In this document: one piece after another, positions 11,684-42,790 of the stretch | How the letters are laid out: every line of letters starts with the position of its first letter | Position numbering within the stretch: position 1 is the stretch's first letter | DNA from: Acanthaster planci | Taxonomy: Eukaryota | NCBI RefSeq assembly: GCF_001949145.1 | Contig: NW_019091361.1 | Span: 3,311,854-3,375,853 of the forward strand | DNA: 64,000 nt | Direction of reading: 5' to 3' | Notes under the pieces: generated by a model | The model's input: the letters and a program-made list of their open reading frames with translations, nothing else | What the model was told of the DNA's origin: nothing | The model's database searches: none | Made by a program: the position numbers and the translations under genes

Positions 11684-14569
11684 AATTGTTGAAATAATAA
11701 CCCCTCTACGAATTATAAAAATTATTTTTGAGAACAGGCTTTATCGTTGTTAAGTGTAACATGTCTTAGTCTGTCTTTTTGCATTATTATCGAGAAAAGA
11801 CTGAGTAGAAAAGTTAACCCAGTTAGTTTGAAATGAATATTAATTTTACGAAAACCAAGCTCTCTAACTTTGGTGACCCTCAGTTCTTGCGCCACTGTAA
11901 GGATATTTCTGAAGGGGTGACGGTTTAAATCCATTGTCCATTTTCGTTGTCAAATACAAAAGCTGAAATTGAAAATTGATGCCGTATCAGGAACTTGTAC
12001 TTGTAGGATGTGTTATACTCATGTTTTGGGCTTTAGTTTTCTGTAGAGCTAGCTATAGGCCTTACGGATGCAGTATTTGTTAACAGTAGATATTCAGTTC
12101 AGACCCACTTCTCTGTTCTACAGAAAAGAGTCATTACGAGAGTTTACTTCCGGCCAGTCGGAAAGCAGGACGAAATGACTAAGTTTTTACTGGTTTGTTA
12201 CTCTCTGCTTTGTTCATGAACTGTTGGAAAGAACAACTTACTTTTTGTACATCCGGTTGTATAATGTTATGGTCATTATTGGGGTTTTTTTGAAGACTGC
12301 AAACCTGTTCAATTCAATTTTTATATAACGCGATAATACGAACGAAGTGCCAACAGGGTTGCTGCTGAGTGATGGAAGTCTTTTTTCCGAAGTTCGAGTT
12401 CGTTTGTATCATGTAAGGTTTAACCCGGCGCAACATTGCTCAGCATTTTATTTTTATTTTTTTATTACGCAGAGTAATTACCGGTATGTTGAGTGTATTT
12501 CATTGGCTTACCACCTTGATACTTCTAATTTCCAAAATGAAAACGGCGAGTTGTTTTGTTACACTTGGTCATACGTGTTAGCTCACAAACACTCCAGTAG
12601 ACAGACCGTGTCGTTTATGTGGAATACCTGCTTCAGCGCATGCTGAAGGGAATAAAATCATCCCGACCTATTGTCCTTGTCGTTGGAGCGCCACACAGGC
12701 ATTCCGGTTTGTCATCGTATCCTACGCTTTCTATTCGAGGCCACAGTACGTTACGATGGGAGAATCCTGGTGGCTTTCAAACCACTCTTTTGTGAGGAAT
12801 GACCAGTCACCGAAGTAGTATATCGCGCAACCATTTTGATGACAACATACCTCAAACACACCGTTTGAATATGTCAGAATTTCGGCAGGAAATGACAGAT
12901 AGTTGGGATTGATAGGAAGTAACCGCGAGGAAGTGACCAAAAATTGCCGGAGATCATTTTGGCACAAGCGAAGCAGGTCATCCCGAGATCTTTTTTTCAC
13001 AGCTTGCATTGAGCTCAATATTACCAGCACTATGATGATGTTGTCACAGTTAAGCTTTGTGTATTTAGGTTGTCTCATATCCATTTTATTCATGGGGCGC
13101 TAAACTTTAATCTATAGCGAGCCTAGATTGTAATTTTTTTACAAGTCATTTTCCTTCACAAGTCATTTTTCTCCGAACTGCTCTAATGTCAATAAGTTAT
13201 TTGCCAAAAATGCGGTTTTTGATAAGTTGCAGTATTCAGAAATTCCACGTACTACTTTTTTGTATAGCTTGTATAGGTTTTATTCTCAAAGTCGGTTTTC
13301 TCAGAGCACAACTGTAGTTGACCTTTTGGTGCATTTGCAAAATTTGAGGTGTCTTTCCCTTGACACTGTACAAAAGCGTGAGCTTCCAACGGTCCATTCG
13401 AAATTAATGCCTCTGCTGTGCTGTTCTGTCCTCAATGTTTCTCGAATATTTTCATGCAAGTAATAATTTCTTTGGTCGATAAGTCTACCTTTTACCTCCA
13501 GGAAATGTGAGAAATATGATGATGATGACACGTTATATCCGGCAAGCAGTCCTACCGCATGTTGTGACCAAGTCGTACCCAAGGACACTGGGTTATTGGC
13601 AAGGCTACTGCGCTGTACAATAGTATTGGACGGAAACCCATCTGTAACAGAGTCGAGTCATTGCTATATTTAATCCAAAATTGGAATCATTTCCTTTTTT
13701 CACCCTAATTGTAATCATATTTTAGTAGACTTGTTAGCCTCTCGTGGTTATTTTGTCGTCGCCAGGTTTATCTTATGTCTCTTTGTGTGTTGCACAAATA
13801 TTATGTACTTCTTTTGCCACCGTAATTATGTAAATGTAATTTTTGACAATGTGTGAGTAGGGGGTACCCGGTAAAGAGGCTCTACTTTTTGGAGAACTCC
13901 ACTTATTAATTAATTGTTCCATTTAAATATCTTAATTTATGTACTACTCTGATATGCATAAGTGGAAAATAAAATGAACTGAACTTAAAAATGGGTTGAT
14001 TTGGCCACAGTGAAGAAAGATATCGGGGAAAAACTTTCTTGACAGTTTCTGTTTAACACACAGTAGATCAATAGATGTCATTTATTTGTACAGCATAATG
14101 GAAACACTGCCCAGATGCCGCCTGTTCGTACTTGGGGTACACCCACTGACATTCCACACTGCTTTCGGGCAGAGAACCGGAATGGTCAAGTTCGTATAAA
14201 CAAAATTACACCTGGAAATTTTGACAAGATTTGGATTTGGACCAATACGATTTTCCCAAAGGCCCAAACATTAGAATGTTGAACCTGCCGAGAATTGCTT
14301 CTTTAAGTATATTGCATAATAGTAATACATTTTAAGAAAAAACTAAAAGAAACCCCAGCACCTCAAAAGTGCCGTTACCAATGCTTACACAAAATGCAAA
14401 GTTTATTCTGTTCAGTTGTGAATCTTTCTTAACACTGGATCTGCACCAAAGTCATAGTATATTGTAGAAATTGTTAGTTTCTGTGAAGAAAAACCAGTGG
14501 GTGCACGTGAAATCCTTATTAAAACACTTTCATTCTTTATCGAGCAAGTTGACAAGTCTACAAGCAGTG

Positions 14570-14616
14570 CACTCTAAAAACTCCCGGGTCAGATTGACCC
14601 AGAAGTTTTTGGAGTG
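14570..14616. repeat. Short palindromic hairpin / collapsed MITE
   Basis: CACTCTAAAAACT-CCCGGGTCAGATTGACCCAGA-AGTTTTTGGAGTG: inverted arms plus an inner GGGTCA/TGACCC stem. Confidence 0.55.
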
Positions 14617-15414
14617 TACGTTTACTAACACACCGTAACACAATAAAAATTTGTTCTCGCAGTAAACTAACCGCACTGGCCGTCAATGGCTCTTTGCTTG
14701 TCAGCATTTAATGTCTGTTCTTTAGCATAACAAAGAATTAATGATAGGACTTTAAGCAAAAGGTACCAAACCAACATAAAATGCTGTATATAAATTAAGA
14801 TGAAATTAAAATATTACTTTCTTTTAATAAAAGCATGGAAATCTTCCGACTCGTTTCACCTCAACATATCAGAACATTAATACACCACAAACGAAATGAA
14901 CAAATATAAATAATTATATTTACGTCAGAAGTATGTTTCCAATTACGAAATTTCATACAAGCACAAATTTACATTAAGTGTTGTTGGTCTTATAACGAAA
15001 CTCCTCGATTACTGACGTCAAACAACGTTTGAGATGTCGAACCAATTCAACTGCCTTAGTTTTCAATTGATTGCAATCTGCATGCATGCATGCATGCTTT
15101 CCTTCTATCAATGTGTTTCACAGTTTCATTTAAAGGTCATTACTCAACCACTCTATATCATTTTGTTTGGATTTAAGCAAAATCTATCACTGGTTCTGCT
15201 TGAGCCATTCTTGCATTATGATAATAACCACAACAGAAAATATGGTAAGATAGTAAAATGCATTTCCTTTTCACCACATGCTAGTATGCAAGAGATCAAT
15301 TTTCCAGGAAATCAAGGCCAAGGTAGGAGGATTAACCTGGGAACCTGCTATTGGGAACCGTTTTGAAGACTCGAGTTTTCTAATTTCAACCGTGATTCTT
15401 TGGATATTCTACAG

Positions 15415-15536
15415 TTTTCATTTCATTATGGTAACGATGTGTTACATTGTAAACCTATCAACATGCTACGTTTGCTCTGGTTTTCATTTCATTATGGTAA
15501 CGATGTGTTACATTGTAAACCTATCAACATGCTACA
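15415..15536. repeat. Direct tandem duplication (66-bp period, 2 copies)
   Basis: TTTTCATTTCATTATGGTAACGATGTGTTACATTGTAAACCTATCAACATGCTAC at 15415 and 15481. Confidence 0.85.
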
Positions 15537-15996
15537 TTAGCTCTAGCAAATATCACGACCGAGAAGCCCTTGATTTATAAATTCAAACTTCATTTCGAAC
15601 AAACATCCATGCAGTATCCAAGTCGACCGAAAGCAACTCCTGCAACTATTGGACTTGTAAGATAAAACGGATCAGTGAAATGATTCGGGACATGAGGCCC
15701 AACAATTCTGGATCAAAGTGATAAGAAAAAGACGGATGACAATCGTTTCAATAGGAATTCTAGCAGATCAGTTTTAACGGATAATTTGCATGTGTCTGTA
15801 TTGAATTCACCTCTCCTGAGTAATTTGGTATTGTTTTCATCATGTGACAGTGACATCACTCAAAGGTACCATGATTCACGGAATCTTGAATCGATGAATG
15901 AGGAGAAGCTGACCTCAAGCACTTCTTAGCCCATCCTGGGGGGAGGGGAGGGGATGGTGGCAGTGGGGGCTGCAGGTGGATGGGGGAAACGATGGT

Positions 15997-35244
<19,248 letters not shown>

Positions 35245-35660
35245 TTTTTAATTTCAGCAGGCCTAGAAATAATCAAAGCTTGCAGTACAGTTGCACTAGA
35301 AAATACAGTGCCACTGCCAGATTCGGCATGGGGGTCACGTTGGTGTCAGTCAGTACATTAGAGATCAGTGGTGTCGGTCACTTCCATGCTTTGCCCATTT
35401 ACCACTTTGTCCAGTTCTAGACTGAGGGCGTTTACGAAACGCGTGGATTAGACTAAGGCCGTGTCCAAAACGGGCTTCCGGAGCTACGGCTAGGTCTATT
35501 GTCTACGCATCTGCGCACATTTCAAATGGAGGGGAGACCTAGCTCTAGACAACAGATTCGTATGCAACCATAAAAGTAAAAGGTATATATTACGCACGCA
35601 GCGAGTTTCCGGTGTAACGTCTCATTTTTCCGGCGTGCTCGGATTTCCGGGTAGTACCCC
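35245..35660 (-). promoter_or_regulatory. Probable HSD17B4 5' UTR/promoter (CpG-enriched)
   Basis: Lies immediately upstream of the start codon. CpG density is elevated, and ETS-like TTCCGG motifs occur several times between ~35475 and 35650. Confidence 0.4.
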
Positions 35661-36657
35661 CTTGTTCAAGTTTTTTTTTAACAAGTAACTGAACGAAAAA
35701 ATATTACAAATTCTAAATTCTTTGCACATTGTTTTTCCTATCCAAGCTTAGGGTTCCAGAAGCGTACCATCAGGGGTCAACTTTCAGGCTCTATTAGGGG
35801 TGCAGACCACTAATTCAAGTGAGACTTCTGACTAGCTCATTAGCAGTGTCCCCCCCCCCCACAGTATCTTTTGAAAAAGGAGACCATTTGGCCCCCAAAA
35901 TGGTGAGAATGTGTGAATCGTTGCCAGGATCATCTCCTGAGTCTTTGAGCTTTCATATGAGAGTAGAATGGCCAAAAACTACGGTTGAAAAATGGTCCTC
36001 AGTGCCTGAGAAAGTCGAAGGTTGGCACTTGAAGTTGAAAAATGGCTGAAATCGGACTTCGGAAAAAACAATTTTCGGGGGGGTGATTTGTTTTGTGGCA
36101 ATAATTAAAAATGTAATTGCTAACCCACAAAAAAATTGAAAAGAAATTGAAAGATTAGGGACCTGACAACAATTTCATTTGTGTTTCTGAAATCTCAGGG
36201 ATGTTGGTATGCATGTTAGGCCTATTGGGCCCTGAACAGTGCTGATTTTACACTGTTTTCAATGGGACTTCAATTAGTGGACTGTACCCTTAGACTTCCG
36301 TTTCGCTGGTTCCAGCCATTTTGAAGCAGCGTTGGAAACCACATGTTCAAGCTCGGACCACATTCACTTCGCCCGTTTGCCTATATGTACTGTATACATT
36401 TGCCACTTTGCCCATTTGCTACTTCGCCCATTTGCCACTTTGCTCAATCAATTTACTGCGCATGCAGGCTCAATGATTTACCGACACATCATTTTATATC
36501 TCCGAATACCGCGGGCATTGTTTTCTGATACAATAATCAAAATATCAGCACTCAGGCCGTGTCCGAAATGGCTTCCAGAGCTACGGCTAGGTCTATTGTC
36601 TGCGCGTCTCCACAAATTTCCCGAGGACCTAGACCTAGCTCTAGACAAGAGATTCGG
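35456..36657 (+). repeat. Two dispersed copies of a ~105-bp element (35456-35560 and 36554-36657)
   Basis: AGGCCGTGTCC..AA..GGCTTCC.GAGCTACGGCTAGGTCTATTGTCT.CGC...AGACCTAGCTCTAGACAA.AGATTCG is shared by both copies. Confidence 0.75.
35797..36289. mobile_element. MITE, probably PIF/Harbinger-type
   Basis: TIRs GGGGTGCAGACCACTAATTCAAGT vs reverse-complemented GGGTACAGTCCACTAATTGAAGT, with TTA on both sides. Confidence 0.65.
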
Positions 36658-36759
36658 AGGCAGCTTTAGTAGACAAAAACTTCGCATTGTCAACGGCACA
36701 ATTTCTTTTGCTACGCTAAGAATTTTGTACCAGTGCACTGAATTAAGGCCGGGTACGCA

Positions 36760-37200
36760 CATAACCACAAAGAACTTCTCATTGTTACAGGGTTAAAAAG
36801 TTTAATTTAAACATTTGAAAGGTTCATTTGTTTAAAAAATATTTTTTTTGTTGAAAAAACAAATAATTATTCAATATTTGTGAAAGTCGGGATTCGATTT
36901 CATAAACTCTCGCTCCCGAGTGAAGAGCGTTAGTCACCAAGAATTTCTTATTTTCAGAGGGTTAAAAAGGTTATATTGAATGTTTTAAAGATTCACTTAA
37001 AAAAATGTATTATTCAATTAAAATTTCTATCAATTATTTATTAAAAAAATATTCAAAAGTTGATTTTTTGAAGAAAAAAAAGAATTAGCAATATTTTCGA
37101 AGATCAGGATTCGATCTCGACACGTCCTCTCGCTCCCGAGCCTCAGGAGCGTTATAAACACAGGACCACCAAGAGCTTCTAATTTTAGAGGGTTTTAAAG
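36760..37200 (-). repeat. Tandem units containing tRNA(Pro)-like heads
   Basis: Three ACC.AAGA..TTCT..TT.T..AGGGTT..AAAG blocks start at about 36764, 36936 and 37167. Two tRNA-like cores read CTCGGGAGCGAGAG...ATCGAATCC on the minus strand. Confidence 0.5.
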
Positions 37201-37819
37201 GCTTTTGTGATTACTTTTACAGATTGATCTTTTAAAAATAAATATATATAGGGCCTACTGTGCAAATTAAAAGTCCTCTTTTATGATTTAAAAAACCAAA
37301 AGCTGATTTTGAAGAATTTGTATTATGGATTGTATTTGTTCTTTATCCTTGATTAATTGTAAACACGCATACAATTTTAATGCCCCATATATGCACTATC
37401 GAAATAAATGTTAATTGAATTGAATCGAATTCGTTTAAAGATTTGTTGATGCAATTTTTCAATCGAAAGTTGCAGATAATTTCTGCTTCAAAACAAATTT
37501 GGCACGAGTAATCACAGACAGTAAAATACATCTAATTTTACACTTTCAATATACATGTATAGAAAAATCCTTGTGTTTCTGCATCAAGAAAAAGGATATA
37601 AAGAATACTCTGTCATAATCAATAAATATTCCAAGTATATGTACTCTCCATTATGTAAGCACGGCTGTAACTGTGTTATTACCTGAAAGCCAGAAGGCAT
37701 TTGACTATCATACACATTCACACCAGACATAGTGGAATGCTCCAGGTCGTTTAGTGGAGTCTCTTCAACGTAAAACTGACATCATCACCCCCTGGTACAT
37801 GCAAATCGCTATTTCCTTT

Positions 37820-38150
37820 TGTTTCCCAAGGCGCATGCCCAGTTTGGATAATCTAGGAGAGAAGATGGAATCAGTTCATGAGACAGCCAGACGGCATTTC
37901 CAGAGGTTGGCTAGTCACCAGAAACGCTACTATATAACGAAAGGTCTTGCCTCCAGTCAGACGACGCCAGAGATGCAGTTATAGTTAGAGATAGAACCAA
38001 AACGGTCGGATCCTCCCCCAAATTACAGCCGAAATGGGAAGGCCCGATCCTCGTTACCTCAATATAAAACGACGTAGTGGTGGTGCAGAAAGGCCCAAGC
38101 CCAAGGTGTAACATGTGAACCGATTGAAGCCATTTCATGCCTGGGGATGT
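37820..38150 (+). mobile_element. Gypsy LTR-retrotransposon integrase C-terminal fragment (degenerate)
   Basis: LGEKMESVHETARRHFQRLASHQKRYY followed, with frameshifts, by DAVIVRDRTKTVGSSPKLQPKWEGPILV and NRLKPF. This is the GPY/F-type integrase tail. Confidence 0.75.
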
Positions 38151-38606
38151 AGATCGTTCGTAGCTGAAGCACCGTACCGACCAGTCGCACAACAGGCTGG
38201 GGGGACGCTAAGGGAGTCTCACCAGAGAGGTGCGAGCCCCATCCCGGACGACGTAGACGAAGGAACCCTGATATGAACCAGCCCATACCTAATTTAGGTC
38301 CTGAACAAGATGACTCCCTGGAAGACCATCTAAGAGTGTTACTCACTGTAGTACGCTATAGTTAATCAAGGGTAGGACTCCGGCGCACAATGAAGTAGTG
38401 GACACCTAGCTCTGAAGTAAGTGCTGCGATTGGTTTTCTTTTTTTTCTTGCATAAAGCGAATAAAGAATCAGAGGGTACAGGCAGTACATTTTTGTTTCC
38501 GCCGCTGTTTCTTTTCTAAAGATATTCATAAATCCCTTACTTCTCCTTCACTTTCAGAAATCCTATAAAAAATATTCAGGCCCTAATGAAACAATCAAAT
38601 AGGCCA

Positions 38607-40200
38607 ATGGATGTCCATCAGGTAAAAGCACTTGCATGTGGTTTCACGTTCAATGATGTTTTCAATTACACTACTCCAAAAATATTTCGTTCATTCTCTT
38701 GATGAAATTTAAAGTGCCCAAAGAGCAAGAGAAGGAGGTTTATAATCTTCTGAACATTGTTGAGCAATTAAGTTCTGTTGTGAAAACAGTCAGAAGACTG
38801 GTTTTACATTTGTAAGTTGGCAAAACAATAGAAAAGCAACTTGTCATAAGTCGAGATGCACTTGAGAGCTTTTGCACACGGTTCTTCACACGAGGGGATT
38901 CACATCAGTCGCAGGAGTGTCCGTTATCAAGAATTTGATGAGGCTTACTGCGTTCAGTCCGATTTGACAGGATTGTCATACCTGTCTGAGCTTGAAGAGG
39001 AGGAATGTGAACAAGAGTAGGTACGCTCAGAGGCAGTTTTTAAGATGAAGAAAATCTTACTTGAATAAAAGGTTACAGATCCTTGCTGAAGAGTAAATCG
39101 CGCTCAACAGTTCAGAAAAATGTGGAACAGTATTTTAATGACAACCAAGTTACAATACCACCAAGGCAATCATTGAGGCATAGTGACTGAAGACATTTTT
39201 CAATCACCATTGCCAAGTAGACTGCGCATGGACAACAGTCAATCAAAATGCAATAAAGACAAATTAAAGTGTTACTAGCAAGACATCACCAAAAAATGCC
39301 TCACTCAAAAGGAAAACTTCACAGCTTCGTTATTAAGGTCATCCTTGAGAAAACAGAAGAAAGGAAGAGAAGTAATGATGCTGAACTGAGATGTGATCAG
39401 CTGCAAGAGCAACTAAATGAAAAGGATAAAAAATAGCAGATTTTATAGCTGAGAATGACTGGCTTCGAGAAAAGGTTCAGCGTGACTATAAAAGAAGGTA
39501 TGAATTTACTAGTGAAATTAAGTAGTGTGTATTTGAACTTCTTAACCATAATGTTCCAACTGGAAGAGTTCCTTTTGTTATTTTGAGTATTAAGAAGTTG
39601 GTTGGGTGATGTCCGAAGCAAATCTACAATAAAGGAGTAGAACATATGAGGCTGGCACTTGCACAGTCACAGTTAGCTGAAGAACTCCCCACAAAAGATG
39701 GCTTAGGCCTTCTAAGTGATGAAACATCAAAATTCGGCCGCAAGTTTGAAGGCTTTCATGTAAGTGATACCGAGGGACAGATATATGTGCTTGGTCTGAG
39801 GGACATAGTTTCTAAAGCAGGACAAGATGTCCTTGGCACTTCTTAACAAATCTTATGAGATACTGAAGATCTAGCCAAAAGTTCCAAGTCTCAGGCATCC
39901 AAGAGGAATTTATTAAATATATCTTGCACAAAGTCTGACAGAGCTGGTACGCAAATCAAATTCAATGAAGTTATGGAAGAGTTCAGCAGCAATGTATTGC
40001 CAGAAACGGTTGACATCAATGAAGATCTGTCTACTTCATACAGAGCAGGAAAGCCTTGGGAAGTTACATACTTTCTTCTGTGGAGTGCCCGCGTTAGTGC
40101 ATTTGGCAGAGGCGGCTTCTCAAGCTTTACTTGAAACCGAAAGTGGGTTCTTTGATGAAGCACCAATATTTGATACGGTAAGTCCTTCAAGAAACCCCAA
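38607..40200 (+). pseudogene. Degenerate DDE transposase, hAT-like (CxxH clan)
   Basis: Frameshifted segments LLNHNVPTGRVP, RLALAQSQLAEEL...LLSDETSKFGRKFEGFHVSD...YVLGLRDIVSK, NISCTKSDRAGTQIKFN, LHTFFCGVPALVHLAE. These give the first D, second D and a CxxH-position motif. The C-terminal half is missing. Confidence 0.65.
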
Positions 40201-40204
40201 GAGC

Positions 40205-42790
40205 CCGTAGCAACTCGCCTCAAGGAGACAAAGCTTGTCAGTAGGTCGATTGTACACACCAGCTTGCATCTTCACTTGGACTGTTCGAGCTTTACCATCT
40301 TTGCCTGGGTAGGTATCTAAAATAAGCCCAAGTGGCCACTGGTAACGGGGGGGGGGTGTTCACACAGAGTCACCAGTGCGCATGTTACGTTGCGGACTTA
40401 TCCACTTCTGCGCTCTTGCAGAGATGGCAGATATTCACTTAGCCACCGTCACCAGAACAGGTTGGCCAGATATTGTACTTGTCGCCACCGTCGCTTGTAG
40501 AGATCCTGCTTTGTAAACTCCCCAAGTGACAATTATGGGCCTGAGTGAAGAAGTAGGAGGTGGTTTGGTGTCAGTGGTGCTGGGTCATGAGGGTCATTTG
40601 AGAGCTTGGTTATAGGGCGACCACTGACAATGCCTTCCACAATGCACATGAGCGTCCGGAGTCCATCATCGAATGTCCGTTGAACAAGCAGGCTGTTCAA
40701 AACGGAACGCACAGTCCTGATTTGGCGTGCCCACGCGCCACCAAAGTGAGAGGAGGCGGGTGGATTGAAGACCCACTGGATCTCTTCCTAGAGGAGATGC
40801 TCATGAATCTTGTCCTGATCCCAACTCTCGATGGCACGGCGCAGCTCATATTCTCCTTCCACTAAATTGGTGCCATTGACAGATGTCGCTTCCACTGGCT
40901 TGCCACGACGACTGATAAAACGCTGGAGAGCATTTATGAATGAGTCTCCAGTGTGTGACAGACTTCGAGATGGATGGATCTGCGTCGACCATGAATGGCC
41001 CAAAAAGGTCAACACCTACCATGCTGAAAGGTGGAAGTCCAGGGGTAGCAAGGTCCTGTGGCAGGTCAGCCATGCGCTCCGTCACTGTGGGCGCCTTCCA
41101 TCGTTGGCATGGAATGCAATATGGACAAAAGATTTGACAGCTGCACGGCATTTGACAATCCAACACCGTTGACGGATTTCTGCGAGTGTGCGCTCTGCTC
41201 CAGAGTGTCCTGATGTCACATGAGAATGTCTGATCATGAGAGGTAAAACTGGGTGGTGTGCTGCGAGTATCCACGGGTGTTTGGTGTCGTTTTCAAGAGG
41301 GGCACTGGCAAGTCGACCTCCAACACAAAAAATGCCATCACTGGATAACAAGGGTGACAGCTTGCAGAGGCAACTTGTCTTCAAAAGGGTATCGCTGAAG
41401 ATAATTCTCTGGAGGCATCCTATGATGCCTTTTTCAGCTGCCTGGATCTCACAGACAGTAAGAGGTCCTGTCATTTTAGAGATGTCTTGCTTCCAAATTC
41501 TGCCCAAGAGAATACCCTTTACTCTGAGAATCCAGGAAACTGCCTTTTTGAGGCGACACCACGTAAATCTCTTCAGGAGGGTGCCCAGTACGTCAGCTTA
41601 ACTCTTACTGGTTTCACTGCTGTAGACCTGAGTTTCCTTCTTCACTTCTGCCTTACTTGGTAGTGTCTTGCTGTCAAAGTCGGGTTGTAGGGGCAGGCAG
41701 CTTCCTCGCTCCACAAAAAATGGGGACCACGGATCCACCAACCACTCTGAATGAGCTCATCTGCTGTTAGACCTCGAGAGACGTCATCTCCTGGGTTGTT
41801 GGCTCCAGATTCTACATACCTCCACTGCGAACGGGTGGAATGCTTCAGTGTCATAGCAACACGATTTGCCACAAATGTCTGGAACAGCGTATCTTCATTC
41901 CATATAGTGAAGGACAATCATGCTATCACTCCAATACACCGATTCTTGTAGAGGCAAGGTCAAGTGTTGGCACATCATCTCATCCAGCTTGACTGAAACA
42001 ACAGCTGCCAATGATACTTTTGTAGCACAATCAAATCCAATCCTCAGCTTCCCTGGTTTTTGTGGATGGATCACAGGGTGATGTGGCAGATACCAGACTG
42101 CTCCGTCAGATCTGTCAAGTTGTTGTCGGGGTACTTCTTCAGCATAGCCCTTGGCTAACATGTCTGATATGTCTGCAATGTACTTCTCTTTCATGTCAGT
42201 GTCTCTCTGTAGTCTCCTGCCAAGAAGGCGCAGCCTGTGTTCTGCAACTGCCTTGTTGTCAGGCAGATAGGCTGGCTTGGTCTTGAAGGGAATGTCCATG
42301 CTGTAGTGTCCGCCATTCCGACAGACAGACTGCTCCCACATAGCAATGACCTTCCCATCACTGACAGACATAGCGGGTTTGCTGCCTCCTGCATTGTCCA
42401 GCTTCCAGAAATTCTCCACTTGATGCTGAAGACTGGCATCAGTGTCAATGAAGTGTGAAGATAAACGCTTCTGGGGCCCAGACTCTATCTGACCATTCAG
42501 CGTCCAGCCGAAAATGGTCTTCGTAGCATAGGGTGCTCCCAGACGACCTACTTGACTTCCTTAGATGTCATGACTGACAGATTGTCTTGTCCGATGAGAA
42601 GTTGGACCTCCTTTGTGTCTATATCTGGCAAAACAATGTCCCTCAAATGCGGCCAGCAACTCTTCCTGGGTCACAAGGCAGTCAGAGCTGATGTGGAGCT
42701 CGGGCCTGGTCAGCACATGTGTCATGACTACAATGTTGTTTTCATTTATGTCGGTGACTTCAAGGCTCAAAACAAAGTGAGCCCCCAAAT
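40205..42790 (-). mobile_element. BEL/Pao LTR retrotransposon pol remnant (most of RT deleted)
   Basis: ENFWKLD, WYLPHHPVIHPQKPGKLRIGFDCA, YWSDSMIVL, FVANRV...WRYVESGANNPGDDVSRG, KLSPLLSSDGIFCVGGRL...KHPWIL, H...GHSG...IRQRCWI, MADLP...PPFSMVGVDLFGPF, FINALQRFISRRGKP, WPLGLILDTYPGKDGKARTVQV, RPTDKLCLLE. Many stops and frameshifts. No LTR visible. Confidence 0.92.

Noticed and set aside
12640..13093. 120-aa minus-strand ORF and a CLCGAP (post-SET-like) peptide in another frame
   Set aside because: No splice structure, no SET motifs and no recognisable domain.
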